Source: an uncultured Gammaproteobacteria bacterium (GTDB lineage: Bacteria > Patescibacteriota > Patescibacteriia > Patescibacteriales > UBA12075). From it: a stretch of 64,000 nt of DNA. The stretch is from assembly GCA_964459725.1 (NCBI GenBank), contig CAYWNT010000003.1, positions 47,592 to 111,591 of the forward strand, in the 5' to 3' direction. Below, one piece after another: positions 1-9,980 of this stretch (positions are counted from its first letter, which is position 1; the number at the start of each line of letters is the position of its first letter). A program made the position numbers and the translations under genes. A model generated the notes under the pieces. The model was given only the letters and a program-made list of their open reading frames with translations. It made no database searches and had not been told where the DNA came from.

Positions 1-240
1 AACAAAGCAATATTTCTTGAGCATGCAATAACTTTTTACAAGAATGATTAGTGGCTTGTCTTTTTCTCTCTTTTTTGCCTTATAAACTTTTTTTACTGCA
101 TCTTTATCTGTGGCAACACAGCCTAATCCATAGATTGTATCTGTCGGATATGCCACAACCATTCCGCGCAAAAAAGAATCAACTATAATGTTGATTTCTT
201 CTTCGCTTATTTTATTTAAGCTGGTTTTCAAGATTTGCAC
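1..240 (-). CDS. tsaC: L-threonylcarbamoyladenylate synthase (Sua5/YrdC family), 5' part; runs off the window
   Basis: Hand translation from GTG at 240: MQILKTSLNKISEEEINIIVDSFLRGMVVAYPTDTIYGLGCVATDKDAVKKVYKAKKREKDKPL. It contains the YrdC PTDTxYGLG and KxR..KPL motifs. Not in the ORF track. Confidence 0.9.
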   Translation of the reverse strand, partial: MQILKTSLNKISEEEINIIVDSFLRGMVVAYPTDTIYGLGCVATDKDAVKKVYKAKKREKDKPLIILVKSYCMLKKYCFV

Positions 241-257
241 TTTATTTAACTAACCAA

Positions 258-446
258 TTAAAATCCGCACGCACAACCACTACAACTTCCAGAAGAGCAA
301 CCTACTTCTGTTATCTTCTGCTCGATATCAGCTGACTTGCAGGTAGGGCAAATAAAAATACTCGGATCATTTTTTTCTTTTTCTTCAAGGCTGGCCTTGA
401 TCTCAAATTTCTCACCGCATTTACGGCAAACATATACATAAGTCAT
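258..446 (-). CDS. FmdB-family zinc-ribbon protein
   Basis: YVYVCRKCG...FE...CPTCKS and a Gly/Cys-rich tail. Confidence 0.8.
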   Translation of the reverse strand: MTYVYVCRKCGEKFEIKASLEEKEKNDPSIFICPTCKSADIEQKITEVGCSSGSCSGCACGF

Positions 447-467
447 ATAATTTTAAATATTATTAAA

Positions 468-2228
468 TTAATTTCTTTTTATTATTTTTTCTTTTATTTC
501 ATCAATAAAATCTTTCTTGCTTATCTCTCTGGTGTCATTCTGGCCACGATCTCGAACTGATAACTTCTCTGACTTCAATTCCTTATCTCCTATCACTAAT
601 ACATAAGGCACTTTTTCCTGAGTTGCTTTTCTAATTTTATTTCCCACTGTCTCACTATGATCATCCACCTCCACACGAACACCCCCTTCTCTGAGCTCAC
701 CTGCAAGCTTGTGGCAATGCTCAATGTGTCCTTCGCCTACTGATATTATTTTTACCTGCACTGGTGATAGCCAGACTGGGAATTTTCCTGCATATCTCTC
801 TATTAAAAAAGCCATTGTTCTTTCAAGACATCCGATTGAAGAGCGATGAATAACCATTGGTCTCACTTTTTTATCATTTTTATCTATATAGGACATGTCG
901 AATCTATCCGGCATGGCAAAATCAATCTGCACTGTAAATGCTGTATCCTCTTTTCCGTTAACGTTTCTCATTTGAACATCTAATTTCGGCCCATAAAAAG
1001 CAGCCTCATCTTCCGCTTCAACATATTCTAACTTCATTTTATCAAGAATCTTTTTCATCGAACCTTGTGATTTGTGCCATGATTCCGGATCATCAATATA
1101 TTTTTCTTTATTATTTGGATCCCATTTTGAAAATCGATATGAATAATCTTCGATACCAAGAGCCTTCATACCATATTGAACCAAGTCAACCACATCTTCA
1201 AACTCTTTCTCCAGCTGATCAGGTCTGCATATTATATGTGCATCAACAAGAGAAAAGCTCATCACCCTGATCAACCCAGAAAGTTCTCCAGATTGCTCCC
1301 TTCTGTAAAGCTTGGCAATTTCTGCATATCTGATTGGCAGCTCCTTGTAACTTCTTGGCCTAGAATTATAAATCATAAATTGATGAGGGCAAGTCATTGG
1401 CCGCAGCACATACTCATCACCTTCTATCTCCATTGATGGATACATATCTTCTTTAAAATGATCCCAATGTCCAGATTTCTTATACAAATCAACCTTGGCT
1501 AAATCTGGGGTGTATGTTCTGTGGTAACCTCTCTTTGTTTCTTCATCAACGATAAATCTTTCTAGTTCTTGTCTAATTATTGACCCCTTTGGAGTGAGCA
1601 AGGGCAATCCACTTCCCACTAACTTAGAAGTGACAAAAAGATCAAGCTCGCTGCCTAATTTCCTATGATCTCTCTCGGCTGCCTCTTTCATCATTTCGAT
1701 ATGCTTCTTTAATTCTTCGTTTGTTTCGAATGCAAGTCCGTAAATACGAGTAAGCATTTTATTTTTCTCATCACCCTTCCAGTATGCACCAGCGATTTTA
1801 TTCAGCTTGAAACTACCTTTATTTATTTCTTTTGTTGATTCCACATGAGGTCCACTGCATAAATCCTCAAAATTTCCTGATTTATAATAACTTACTTTTG
1901 TTTTACCGTCACCTTTTAAATCCTCTATTAACTCTACCTTATACTTCTGTTTGCGATTTTTTTCCTTGGCAATTGCCTCATTTGCGCTAACCTCCTCTTT
2001 CTCAAACTTGATATTCTGCTTTACTAGATGGTTCATTTTCTTCTCGATCTTTTTTAAATCTTCTTCGTTTACTTTTTCTTCTCCAAAATCAAAATCATAA
2101 TAAAATCCATTTTCTGCCGCTGGACCAATTGCAAATTTCACTTCTGGCCATAACTCACTCACGGCCATAGCAAGAATATGCGACAATGAATGACGCTTAA
2201 CTTCTATTTGTTCGTATTTTTTTTCCAT
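468..2228 (-). CDS. thrS: Threonine--tRNA ligase (no N-terminal TGS domain)
   Basis: RHSLSH and DLCSGPH editing motifs, RPMTCP, YGPKLD, IHRS, C-terminal anticodon-binding domain. Confidence 0.98.
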   Translation of the reverse strand: MEKKYEQIEVKRHSLSHILAMAVSELWPEVKFAIGPAAENGFYYDFDFGEEKVNEEDLKKIEKKMNHLVKQNIKFEKEEVSANEAIAKEKNRKQKYKVELIEDLKGDGKTKVSYYKSGNFEDLCSGPHVESTKEINKGSFKLNKIAGAYWKGDEKNKMLTRIYGLAFETNEELKKHIEMMKEAAERDHRKLGSELDLFVTSKLVGSGLPLLTPKGSIIRQELERFIVDEETKRGYHRTYTPDLAKVDLYKKSGHWDHFKEDMYPSMEIEGDEYVLRPMTCPHQFMIYNSRPRSYKELPIRYAEIAKLYRREQSGELSGLIRVMSFSLVDAHIICRPDQLEKEFEDVVDLVQYGMKALGIEDYSYRFSKWDPNNKEKYIDDPESWHKSQGSMKKILDKMKLEYVEAEDEAAFYGPKLDVQMRNVNGKEDTAFTVQIDFAMPDRFDMSYIDKNDKKVRPMVIHRSSIGCLERTMAFLIERYAGKFPVWLSPVQVKIISVGEGHIEHCHKLAGELREGGVRVEVDDHSETVGNKIRKATQEKVPYVLVIGDKELKSEKLSVRDRGQNDTREISKKDFIDEIKEKIIKRN

Positions 2229-2270
2229 ATTATTAAATTTAATATAGTATTATAAAGACATTTTTTTAAT

Positions 2271-2465
2271 AAAAAAACCTCATCCTAATACACTAAAATA
2301 ATGTACTGGGACGAGGCATTTCCCCGCGGTTCCACCCAGTTTCCTGGAAAAACCAGGCAACTTTGAACTTATATTTTCAAACTTAGCTCCATATACTTAT
2401 GAAATACTGCATAACCAATATGCAGCCTTGTGGTTGGTAGCCACAACAATCATTTGAGAAATATA
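2271..2465 (-). promoter_or_regulatory. T-box riboswitch leader of thrS (transcription-attenuation type, atypical 5' region)
   Basis: Minus strand AACTGGGTGGAACCGCG...CGTCCC antiterminator (~2308-2342), overlapping terminator CCTCGTCC..GGATGAGG-T7, and a stem III CCTGG/CCAGG; lies directly upstream of an aminoacyl-tRNA synthetase. Confidence 0.9.
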
Positions 2466-2470
2466 ATTTA

Positions 2471-2499
2471 AATATATAATATTATTTATCTATAGTCAA
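2471..2499 (-). promoter_or_regulatory. sigma70 promoter of the thrS leader
   Basis: TTGACT-17-TATATT. Confidence 0.65.
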
Positions 2500-2508
2500 T
2501 TCCCCTGT

Positions 2509-4113
2509 CTATTTCCTAATTTCTATTTCAATGCTATCAGAAAGCCAAACCTTTTGTAAAAAAGAAGGCATAAACGACGGATAAAAACTTACCTCATGAC
2601 CGGAAAGACCTGGTACATCCTTTAGATACGCTTCCAGCTGATTTTTCTTGAGTCCTACTAAACGATCTTTGCTTATTATTTCAGCATCTCCTTTTAGACT
2701 AACTCGCCCTTCAAATGTCGAGTTGATAGTAGCGTGCTGGCTGCTGAGATCATAATTATTGAGAGAATACTCTATATTCTCATCATCAAAACTTACCAAC
2801 TCTTTGGCCTCTGACAATGACGACCTTATTTTCTTCTCAGCGAGATCGGCTGTTTTTTCGCTATTAAAAGCGACCACAACAACACTGGCCTCCATTGTCG
2901 CTTGGAATTCATCTTTTTCATCTCCAATTTCTGAATCTACATCAATTTCTGCTGAACTATTGGCAATATCATAAATTACTTTATCATAATCATCATACTC
3001 TTCTCCAATTTTCTTTTGAGCTGCAAGCAAAATATTTTTCTTTAGCATTCTTTTCGCATTTTCAATATCATCCTCTACGATATATTTTTTTACTTTTTGT
3101 CTGTAGACTACATCTGTCTTGCTTTCTGCAAATACCTTATCCTGAAGACCAGCCCATAATCCTGGGATTGTGAATTTACTAGGTCCGATTGCCATCTCTC
3201 TGCTTGCCTCATCGGCATATATCTCAACATCAACACTTCCACCCACTGGCACATTTACTGTATTTTTTATACGGAACAATTTACCATCGTTACTAAGAAG
3301 TCTTGTAGTGGCTACTAGAGGCTGAACTTTTGTGTAGTTATTATAAATAGTAACTGAACCGACTGCTTCTTTCCCAATAATCTCCTCCCCGGTAGAGCTA
3401 AACTCTTTTGAATCCTCTACCTTTATCTCTCTAACAATTCCCAAAACAGTACTACCTATCACCTCCTCTTCGGTGCTTACGTCTTTTACATCGAAAATTA
3501 GATTATTACTTGTTCTCTCCAAATTCGGAATTAATACAATATTAACACGCACAAATGTAAAGTAAAAAACAAAGAATAAAACCAACAACACACAAGCAAT
3601 AAAGAAGTATACGATTCGCTTGTAGAGCTTGAATGATTTTTTTGTCGGAGGCGGTGCAGTGTCGTCTTGAGAGACTTCTTCGGTTTTCTCACTATTCAAA
3701 GATTCTGTGATTTTTTTTACAGCGCTACTTTCTCCCCATAATCCATTCTCATCTTTGCCTTCTGGTTTTTCTTCTTCTTGTGCTGCCTGGCTAAAACTTG
3801 CCTGTCCTGAGCTTGTCGAGGTGGTCGAAAGGTCATCTTTTCCCTCATCTTCAATAACTGGCTCGGTACTATCTCCTTCTGGTTCCATTTTTTCAGTCTC
3901 CAAAACCTTGCTTTTTCCTTTTATCTTAATATCAATGTCTACTTCTTCTGGCTCATCTAATTCTTCTACAATTTTTGTCTTTTCTTTTGGCTGACTCTTT
4001 TTAGTAACCTTTTTAGGACTTTTCACTTTTTTTGGGGATGGCTTTGCTGTTTTTCCGGCAGCTTTGGAAGTTTTCTTTTGAGTACTTTTTATTGATATTT
4101 TTTTAGTAGCCAT
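2509..4113 (-). CDS. CPR-type membrane-anchored hypothetical protein (charged low-complexity N-terminus, one TM helix, baseplate-J-like beta domain)
   Basis: K/E-rich N-terminus, TM IVYFFIACVLLVLFFVFYFTFV, then GSVTIYN..QPLVATTRLL...FTIPGL, a pattern typical of Parcubacteria proteins. Confidence 0.6.
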   Translation of the reverse strand: MATKKISIKSTQKKTSKAAGKTAKPSPKKVKSPKKVTKKSQPKEKTKIVEELDEPEEVDIDIKIKGKSKVLETEKMEPEGDSTEPVIEDEGKDDLSTTSTSSGQASFSQAAQEEEKPEGKDENGLWGESSAVKKITESLNSEKTEEVSQDDTAPPPTKKSFKLYKRIVYFFIACVLLVLFFVFYFTFVRVNIVLIPNLERTSNNLIFDVKDVSTEEEVIGSTVLGIVREIKVEDSKEFSSTGEEIIGKEAVGSVTIYNNYTKVQPLVATTRLLSNDGKLFRIKNTVNVPVGGSVDVEIYADEASREMAIGPSKFTIPGLWAGLQDKVFAESKTDVVYRQKVKKYIVEDDIENAKRMLKKNILLAAQKKIGEEYDDYDKVIYDIANSSAEIDVDSEIGDEKDEFQATMEASVVVVAFNSEKTADLAEKKIRSSLSEAKELVSFDDENIEYSLNNYDLSSQHATINSTFEGRVSLKGDAEIISKDRLVGLKKNQLEAYLKDVPGLSGHEVSFYPSFMPSFLQKVWLSDSIEIEIRK

Positions 4114-4219
4114 GTCTTTTTTTATAAAATAAATTTTAAAATATTATAAAGTTCTATAAAACTAACTATAACAAATTTTCAAATATTTGTCCAACACCAA
4201 AAAATAATTGTTTTATAAA

Positions 4220-7200
4220 CTACGCAATTTGTATTTGATCACCTAGCCTGTTTTTCAATTCTGTAATCAAATAAGGAGTGTGCGCGATCCTGAAGTCTGT
4301 TTCGAGCACCTTTTTATCCCCGTTCAAGCTTATCTCAAAAATCACCTTGCTCTCACCGGAATATTTATTAAAAATATCTTTAAGCCTTTCCAGTTGTCCG
4401 GCCTCAATTGATTTTGTAAAAATTATTTTCAAATCTTTAATTGGTGTATAATTTCTGGCTTTAGTGCTGCCTCCGTTTGCCAAATTCAATTTTCCCACCA
4501 CCTCTTTTATATTTCTCAAACTTACTCCGAAGGCAGTATTGGCGAGTAGCTTAGTCTCTCCATCCTTATCTGACAATTTACCCTGACAAATAACAACCTT
4601 ACCCTCTTTCCAGATATTATAAGTGTCTTTGTATAGATTTGGGAACACCAGAATTTCCAAACCCCCTGTATCGTCTTCAATTTTTACAAAAAGCATGGAC
4701 TTGCTATTTCTGGTGATAATTTTTTGAACCTTAGTTATGATTCCTGCGATAGTGATAGGTTTTTCTCCTGCCTTGGGTATATCTTTTATTGGTTCGATTA
4801 TGCCTTTTAACTCCTCTTTAAAATCAGAAAAAGGGTGAGCAGAAACATAGAGGCCTAGGAGTTCTTTTTCCCAACCAAGTTTGGCCTGCTTATCGATGGC
4901 CGGAAACTCATCAAGTCTGACCTTGGCACCAGTTTCAATATTAGCTGCATCAGCAAATAGGCTTATTTGCTTACTATTTTTCTCTTTGGCTACTTCCTTG
5001 TTGTAGTTCAGTAGATTCTCCACATTACCAAGCAATAATCCCCTTTCTCCAAAATTATCCATTGCCCCACTCTTTATCAAGCTTTCAATAGATTTTTTAT
5101 TTAAATCCTTATCTGTTATCCTTTCCAAAAAATCGCTCAAATCCTTGAAGTTCCCACTTCTCTTTCTTTCGTCTATAATAACTTCAGCAATATGCTCACC
5201 TATGTTCTTTACCGCCGACAACCCAAATCTAATCGTGTCTCCTGATTTTTCTTTGCCAACCAATTTTCCATTATCAAATTCTGATTTTACAACTGTAAAT
5301 GATTCAAACGACTGATCAACATCAGGTCTTTTTACCTCGATGTTCATTCTCTGACATTCTTCAATTTCTACTGCCAATCTGTCGATATTTTGCTGATCAG
5401 AAACCAAGAGAGCCGCCATAAACTCAGTTGGAAAATGTGCCTTAAGGTAGGCTGTCTGATATCCAATCAAGGCATAGCACGCTGCGTGACTACGGTTAAA
5501 ACCATACCCGGCAAAAGGCTCAATAAATGAAAATATTTTCTTGGCCAATGTCTCGTTTATACCATTAGCAACACAACCTTTGATAAACTTATCCTTCTGT
5601 TCGTTTAAAAGTTTTATAATCTTTTTTCCTACCGCTTTTCTCAAAACATCAGCCTCGGCCATAGTGAATCCTGCCAAATCTCTGGCCATTTGCATTACTT
5701 GCTCCTGGTAAATCGCAACTCCATAAGTTTTTTTGAGAATTGGTTCAAGTTTCGGATGAAGATATGTTGGTTTTTTCCTGCCATGTTTTCCGGAAATATA
5801 ATCAGGTATCCATTCCATTGGTCCTGGACGGTAGAGGGCCACCATAGCGATAACATCCTCAAACTCCGTAGGTTTGAGCTCTCGTAGATACCTCTTCATG
5901 CCGCTGGACTCAAACTGAAAAACACCCGTAGTTTCACCATTGGCAAAGAGTTCGTAAGTCTTCTTATCATCTAGCGGTATTTTCTCGATATCAACCTCAT
6001 CCCCACGAGTACCTTTTATAATCCTAATAGCTGATTCTATAACAGTTAGGTTTTTAAGTCCTAGAAAATCCATTTTCAAGAGCCCAAGATCCTCTGTCGG
6101 ATGCAGTGAGTATTGTGACACTATACTCTTATCAGAAGATGATGCGTACTGGACTGGGACATTCTCTGTCAACGGATCCTTGGTAATCAGAACTCCGCAG
6201 GCATGTGTAGAAGAGTGTCTAGACACTCCTTCGAGGCGACGAGCATAATCAACAACGGTTTTTGCAGTTTCGTCATTATTATACATTTGTTTGAACTCAT
6301 CAACCGTTTCAATGGCTTCGTCTATCTTGGTAAACATCGGAATAGCCTTTGATAGCTTGTCGCAATAATCATAAGGCACATCCAAGACACGGCCCACATC
6401 CTTTACCGCAGCTCTGGCCGCCATAGTTCCAAAAGTAATTATCTGAGATACGTGATCTTTTCCATATTTCTCTTCCACATAATTAATAACTTCATCACGC
6501 CTTGTATCAGCAAAGTCGAGGTCAATATCAGGCATGGAAACACGATCCGGGTTCAAAAATCGCTCAAACAAAAGACCATATTGGAGTGGATCCAAATTTG
6601 TAATTCCGGTCAGATAGCAAACCAGAGATCCAGCAGCGCTTCCCCTTCCGGGTCCGACTACTATCCCCTGATCCTTAGCCCAACTAACAAAATCAGCTAC
6701 AATTAAAAAATATGAAGGCCAGCCCATTTTTCCGATAACCGACAATTCATAATCCATTCTCTCGCGGATCTCTTGACTCACCTCTTTGTAGGTCTTTCCA
6801 TATCTCTTCACCAGGCCGTCTTCACATATTTTCCTAAAATAAGAATCCTCGTCATACCCATCTGGCACTTCAAAGTATGGCAACTGAACTTTTCCTAGCT
6901 CAATTTCAACATTACATTTTTCTGCGATTTTTACTGTATTCTCTATTGCCTCTGGGATATCCTTGAAGTCTTCAATCATTTGCGCAGTAGTTCTCATGGA
7001 AAAATCATTTCCGGTCATGCACATTCTGTTTGCATCATCCTTCTTTTTCTTGTTTTGCATACAAAGCAGGATGTCCTGTGCCTCATCATCCTCCTTTTTC
7101 AGATAGTGAGTATCATTGGTGGCGACCACGGGAATACCTAGCTCCTTTGACATTTTTATCAACTCTTTGTTGACCTCCTCTTGACTCTCGAGATTTGGGT

Positions 7201-7732
7201 GACGCTGTAGTTCAAAATAAAAATTATCCTGACCAAAGAGTTCATTATATTCCAAAGCTCTCTTCTTGGCTTTTTCAATCTTGCCAGCCCTAATAAGTGC
7301 AGGTATTTCTCCCCCGATACACGCGGTACACGCAATAAGTCCTTCGCTGTGCTTTTGTAGTACTTCCCAGTCAATTCTTGGCTTATAATAAAATCCCTCC
7401 AAATGCGCGATTGAAGTGAGCTTGATTAGATTCTTGTATCCTTTATTGTTCTTTGCAAGGAGAAGTAGATGATAATTTCTCTTCTCATTATCCCGAGTTA
7501 TTTTGTCGAATCTGGAGTCCGGAGCCAAGTAAGCCTCCACACCGATGATGGGATTGATGCCGGCCTTTTTGCACTGCTGATAAAAATCAATCGCCCCATA
7601 CATAACTCCATGATCTGTTATAGCCACAGAAGTAGAACCTTGTTCTTTGACAAAATCAATAAGCTCATCAATCTTTGTTAAGCCGTCAAGCAAAGAGTAA
7701 TGAGTATGGACATGGAGATGGACAAATTTCAT
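4220..7732 (-). CDS. dnaE: DNA polymerase III alpha subunit
   Basis: PHP motif HLHVHTHYSLLDG, GRGSAAGS, PDIDLD, FNRSH, OB fold. Confidence 0.98.
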   Translation of the reverse strand: MKFVHLHVHTHYSLLDGLTKIDELIDFVKEQGSTSVAITDHGVMYGAIDFYQQCKKAGINPIIGVEAYLAPDSRFDKITRDNEKRNYHLLLLAKNNKGYKNLIKLTSIAHLEGFYYKPRIDWEVLQKHSEGLIACTACIGGEIPALIRAGKIEKAKKRALEYNELFGQDNFYFELQRHPNLESQEEVNKELIKMSKELGIPVVATNDTHYLKKEDDEAQDILLCMQNKKKKDDANRMCMTGNDFSMRTTAQMIEDFKDIPEAIENTVKIAEKCNVEIELGKVQLPYFEVPDGYDEDSYFRKICEDGLVKRYGKTYKEVSQEIRERMDYELSVIGKMGWPSYFLIVADFVSWAKDQGIVVGPGRGSAAGSLVCYLTGITNLDPLQYGLLFERFLNPDRVSMPDIDLDFADTRRDEVINYVEEKYGKDHVSQIITFGTMAARAAVKDVGRVLDVPYDYCDKLSKAIPMFTKIDEAIETVDEFKQMYNNDETAKTVVDYARRLEGVSRHSSTHACGVLITKDPLTENVPVQYASSSDKSIVSQYSLHPTEDLGLLKMDFLGLKNLTVIESAIRIIKGTRGDEVDIEKIPLDDKKTYELFANGETTGVFQFESSGMKRYLRELKPTEFEDVIAMVALYRPGPMEWIPDYISGKHGRKKPTYLHPKLEPILKKTYGVAIYQEQVMQMARDLAGFTMAEADVLRKAVGKKIIKLLNEQKDKFIKGCVANGINETLAKKIFSFIEPFAGYGFNRSHAACYALIGYQTAYLKAHFPTEFMAALLVSDQQNIDRLAVEIEECQRMNIEVKRPDVDQSFESFTVVKSEFDNGKLVGKEKSGDTIRFGLSAVKNIGEHIAEVIIDERKRSGNFKDLSDFLERITDKDLNKKSIESLIKSGAMDNFGERGLLLGNVENLLNYNKEVAKEKNSKQISLFADAANIETGAKVRLDEFPAIDKQAKLGWEKELLGLYVSAHPFSDFKEELKGIIEPIKDIPKAGEKPITIAGIITKVQKIITRNSKSMLFVKIEDDTGGLEILVFPNLYKDTYNIWKEGKVVICQGKLSDKDGETKLLANTAFGVSLRNIKEVVGKLNLANGGSTKARNYTPIKDLKIIFTKSIEAGQLERLKDIFNKYSGESKVIFEISLNGDKKVLETDFRIAHTPYLITELKNRLGDQIQIA

Positions 7733-7836
7733 ATTTAAAACTGAGATTTATTATATTTGAAGTATTTCTATTTGTTTAATATATTATATTATTGTGTTTT
7801 TGGCAAATAAAAAATACAATTTTCTCCACTTACAGA

Positions 7837-7882
7837 TAAATGTTGTAAAAAGTTCGCGGCCGTGAACTTTTTACAACATTTA
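7837..7882. repeat. REP-like long palindrome with CGCGGYCGYG core
   Basis: TAAATGTTGTAAAAAGTTCGCGGCCGTGAACTTTTTACAACATTTA; shares the core with 21459, 22172 and 37687, and the ATGTTGTAAAAA arms with 37687. Confidence 0.8.
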
Positions 7883-8026
7883 AATTTATATTTGGATTAA
7901 AAAAATACAGAGCACGATTTTAAACCGTGCTCTGTTAAAGAAAAAATACGCTCGTCTAAATTTAATATAATAAGTCAAGCAAGGACACTGGAACGCGCAA
8001 CCATTGTGCGGTGAGTTGTTATACGA

Positions 8027-8539
8027 TTATCGAAAAGGAAAAATTGCATTTTTAATATTCTCTTCAAAAAAATTCAAATGGGCGCACCCGGTTATTATTA
8101 AAACTACACCCTGCTCAACCATTACTTTGTTTATATTGTTAAGCATCTCAATTTCGCGATCTCGTTCTTTTTGTTGGTCTGTAATATCACCCACATTAAG
8201 CAATTTCTCTTTTTCAACCTGATTAAAGTCTCTCCATGAATAATTACTAATTATTTCTTTTTGCTTCGCAATTAAATTTTGGTTATCCCTGTCCGTAACT
8301 CCCTTCTTGAATACGTCTATTTTAGAATCAAAACCGTTTACTTTTATCTTATTTTCTGTCGCCCATTTATACGCAAAAATCATCTCAGGTGGATATTCTG
8401 AAATGTTGTTATTATTTATATCACCCTGATTAATTTCGGATAATATCTGAGTTGGCTTATAATTTAAAAATATTTCTTCAAGATCTTTATTTGGCGTTAA
8501 TCCTACATGAAGAGTGCCGATAATTATAATTTTTAACAT
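8027..8539 (-). CDS. Hypothetical protein (IIGTLH ... GCAH, remotely TraB/Tiki-like fold)
   Basis: 170-aa ORF with IGTLH, E, D, RDREM-like and GxxH residues; family assignment tentative. Confidence 0.55.
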   Translation of the reverse strand: MLKIIIIGTLHVGLTPNKDLEEIFLNYKPTQILSEINQGDINNNNISEYPPEMIFAYKWATENKIKVNGFDSKIDVFKKGVTDRDNQNLIAKQKEIISNYSWRDFNQVEKEKLLNVGDITDQQKERDREIEMLNNINKVMVEQGVVLIITGCAHLNFFEENIKNAIFPFR

Positions 8540-8680
8540 ATAAATAATTTATTATTCGCTAGACAACTTCGCAATATTCAGGAATATCTAGAATTTTTAA
8601 ATTGCGCTTGACAGGAATAGAATAATATGCTATGCTAATCAAAATTCACCTAACCGCAAACTTAAAAATAGAGGTGTGTT

Positions 8681-9094
8681 ATGAAATGGATTGGAATAAT
8701 ACTATTATTGATCCCTGCGACAATGCTTTTGTTTCTTTTTATTAGCTCATTTACATCTATCACCAAAGCAGTACTTCCCATTATTATCAGAAGGGAACAA
8801 AATGTTTTTCCGGCCTTACTGCAGAATATTAAAAACGATGCATATGGCATATTAAGCATAAGAGATATAGCATGGCTAATAAGAACCGCTGTGAAACTTA
8901 GGATTACTTCTTGGAAAAAATTAGGTTCAAGCAGAGAAGAGTTGGACAACTTCATTGAAAGAGTGGAAATTCTAGAATTGGCAAGAATAGTGAAACCCAC
9001 ATCTTCTGACGGAACTAAATTGATGTTAGCAAATAAAATAAGCGCTGCCATCGAAAAAGGGATAATTACCCATGAAGAAATTACCCAACAATAA
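8681..9094 (+). CDS. Hypothetical protein with N-terminal TM helix
   Basis: TTGACA-17-TATGCT promoter (~8608-8636), SD GAGGTG, downstream terminator. Confidence 0.7.
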   Translation: MKWIGIILLLIPATMLLFLFISSFTSITKAVLPIIIRREQNVFPALLQNIKNDAYGILSIRDIAWLIRTAVKLRITSWKKLGSSREELDNFIERVEILELARIVKPTSSDGTKLMLANKISAAIEKGIITHEEITQQ

Positions 9095-9101
9095 CTCAAC
9101 C

Positions 9102-9138
9102 GTCGCTAACGAGACAATTCTCGTTGGCGACTTTTTTT
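9102..9138. terminator. Intrinsic terminator
   Basis: GTCGCTAACGAGA-caat-TCTCGTTGGCGAC followed by a T-tract, between convergent genes. Confidence 0.8.
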
Positions 9139-9141
9139 ATT

Positions 9142-9573
9142 TTAAAAAGTTTTATTCAGTATCACAGAATTACAAAAATGACTCTTAACTTCTTCGTATT
9201 TTTGCTTTCCAATATCTTTGGGATAATCTTTGGTGCCTATACTATATTCATTATCTCTGGCTAATAGCCAATAAAAAATACCACTTTCTTTGTCAGAAAT
9301 ATCTATTTGCTCTAATTCGCTGTTTTTTTCTCCCGATATTCTATAAGCAAAATTAATATTATCATAGGCATAGACAGTATGCGTATAGCCCTCATAAAGA
9401 GTTTCTTCCTTCCCGTTTTTGAGAATGCTATCTTTTAGGTTGTAAAAACTTTTTCGCAAATTTTCTTGAGTAATACATTCTGCTGGCATATCTTTATTGC
9501 CAATAAAATAATTTACAGCAATATACCCAATTATAATTAACAGCAGTAAAAAAAAGATAATGATAATTTTCAT
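9142..9573 (-). CDS. Hypothetical membrane-anchored protein
   Basis: 143-aa ORF with a hydrophobic N-terminus. Confidence 0.65.
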   Translation of the reverse strand: MKIIIIFFLLLLIIIGYIAVNYFIGNKDMPAECITQENLRKSFYNLKDSILKNGKEETLYEGYTHTVYAYDNINFAYRISGEKNSELEQIDISDKESGIFYWLLARDNEYSIGTKDYPKDIGKQKYEEVKSHFCNSVILNKTF

Positions 9574-9702
9574 AGGTTTATTTTTGTATTTTAATTTTTA
9601 ATAAGTATTTTTCGCATTTAGGGATTGACATTCTTATATCATTGTGCTTAACTATACTATCGTGTTAAATATATCACCAACAAACCCTACAAGGAGGGAG
9701 CA

Positions 9703-9912
9703 ATGATGTTGAAAACAACAACAAGTCCTGACGAATTATGTAGTTGCCCGAATTGCGGCGGATGTCTTCTTGTTGAAGAAGAGACGGAAGCTTGGGATGA
9801 TGCAGTATATGAGGAAAATGCAGAAAAAGTACGCATCGTGAAGTGTGAGGGGACTGAATGCAATATGGAGGTTGAGGTTACCTTAGAAACAGATACTGAA
9901 CCACCGCATTAA
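9703..9912 (+). CDS. Small acidic zinc-ribbon protein
   Basis: CPNCG ... CEGTEC, SD AAGGAGG, upstream TTGACA promoter, downstream hairpin at 9939-9966. Confidence 0.7.
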   Translation: MMLKTTTSPDELCSCPNCGGCLLVEEETEAWDDAVYEENAEKVRIVKCEGTECNMEVEVTLETDTEPPH

Positions 9913-9980
9913 AAAGATAGTGGTTTTTATTAAACACACCCGGTGAGTAAGGCTTGCCGGGTTTTTATATTGAAAAATAA

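Noticed and set aside
2509-4113. Phage baseplate/prophage gene
   Set aside because: Single TM-anchored gene between thrS and dnaE with no phage neighbours; it looks like a resident CPR gene
8662-9099. Antisense 145-aa ORF and the many other short opposite-strand ORFs in the track
   Set aside because: They shadow well-supported genes and lack start context; here the plus-strand gene has promoter, SD and terminator
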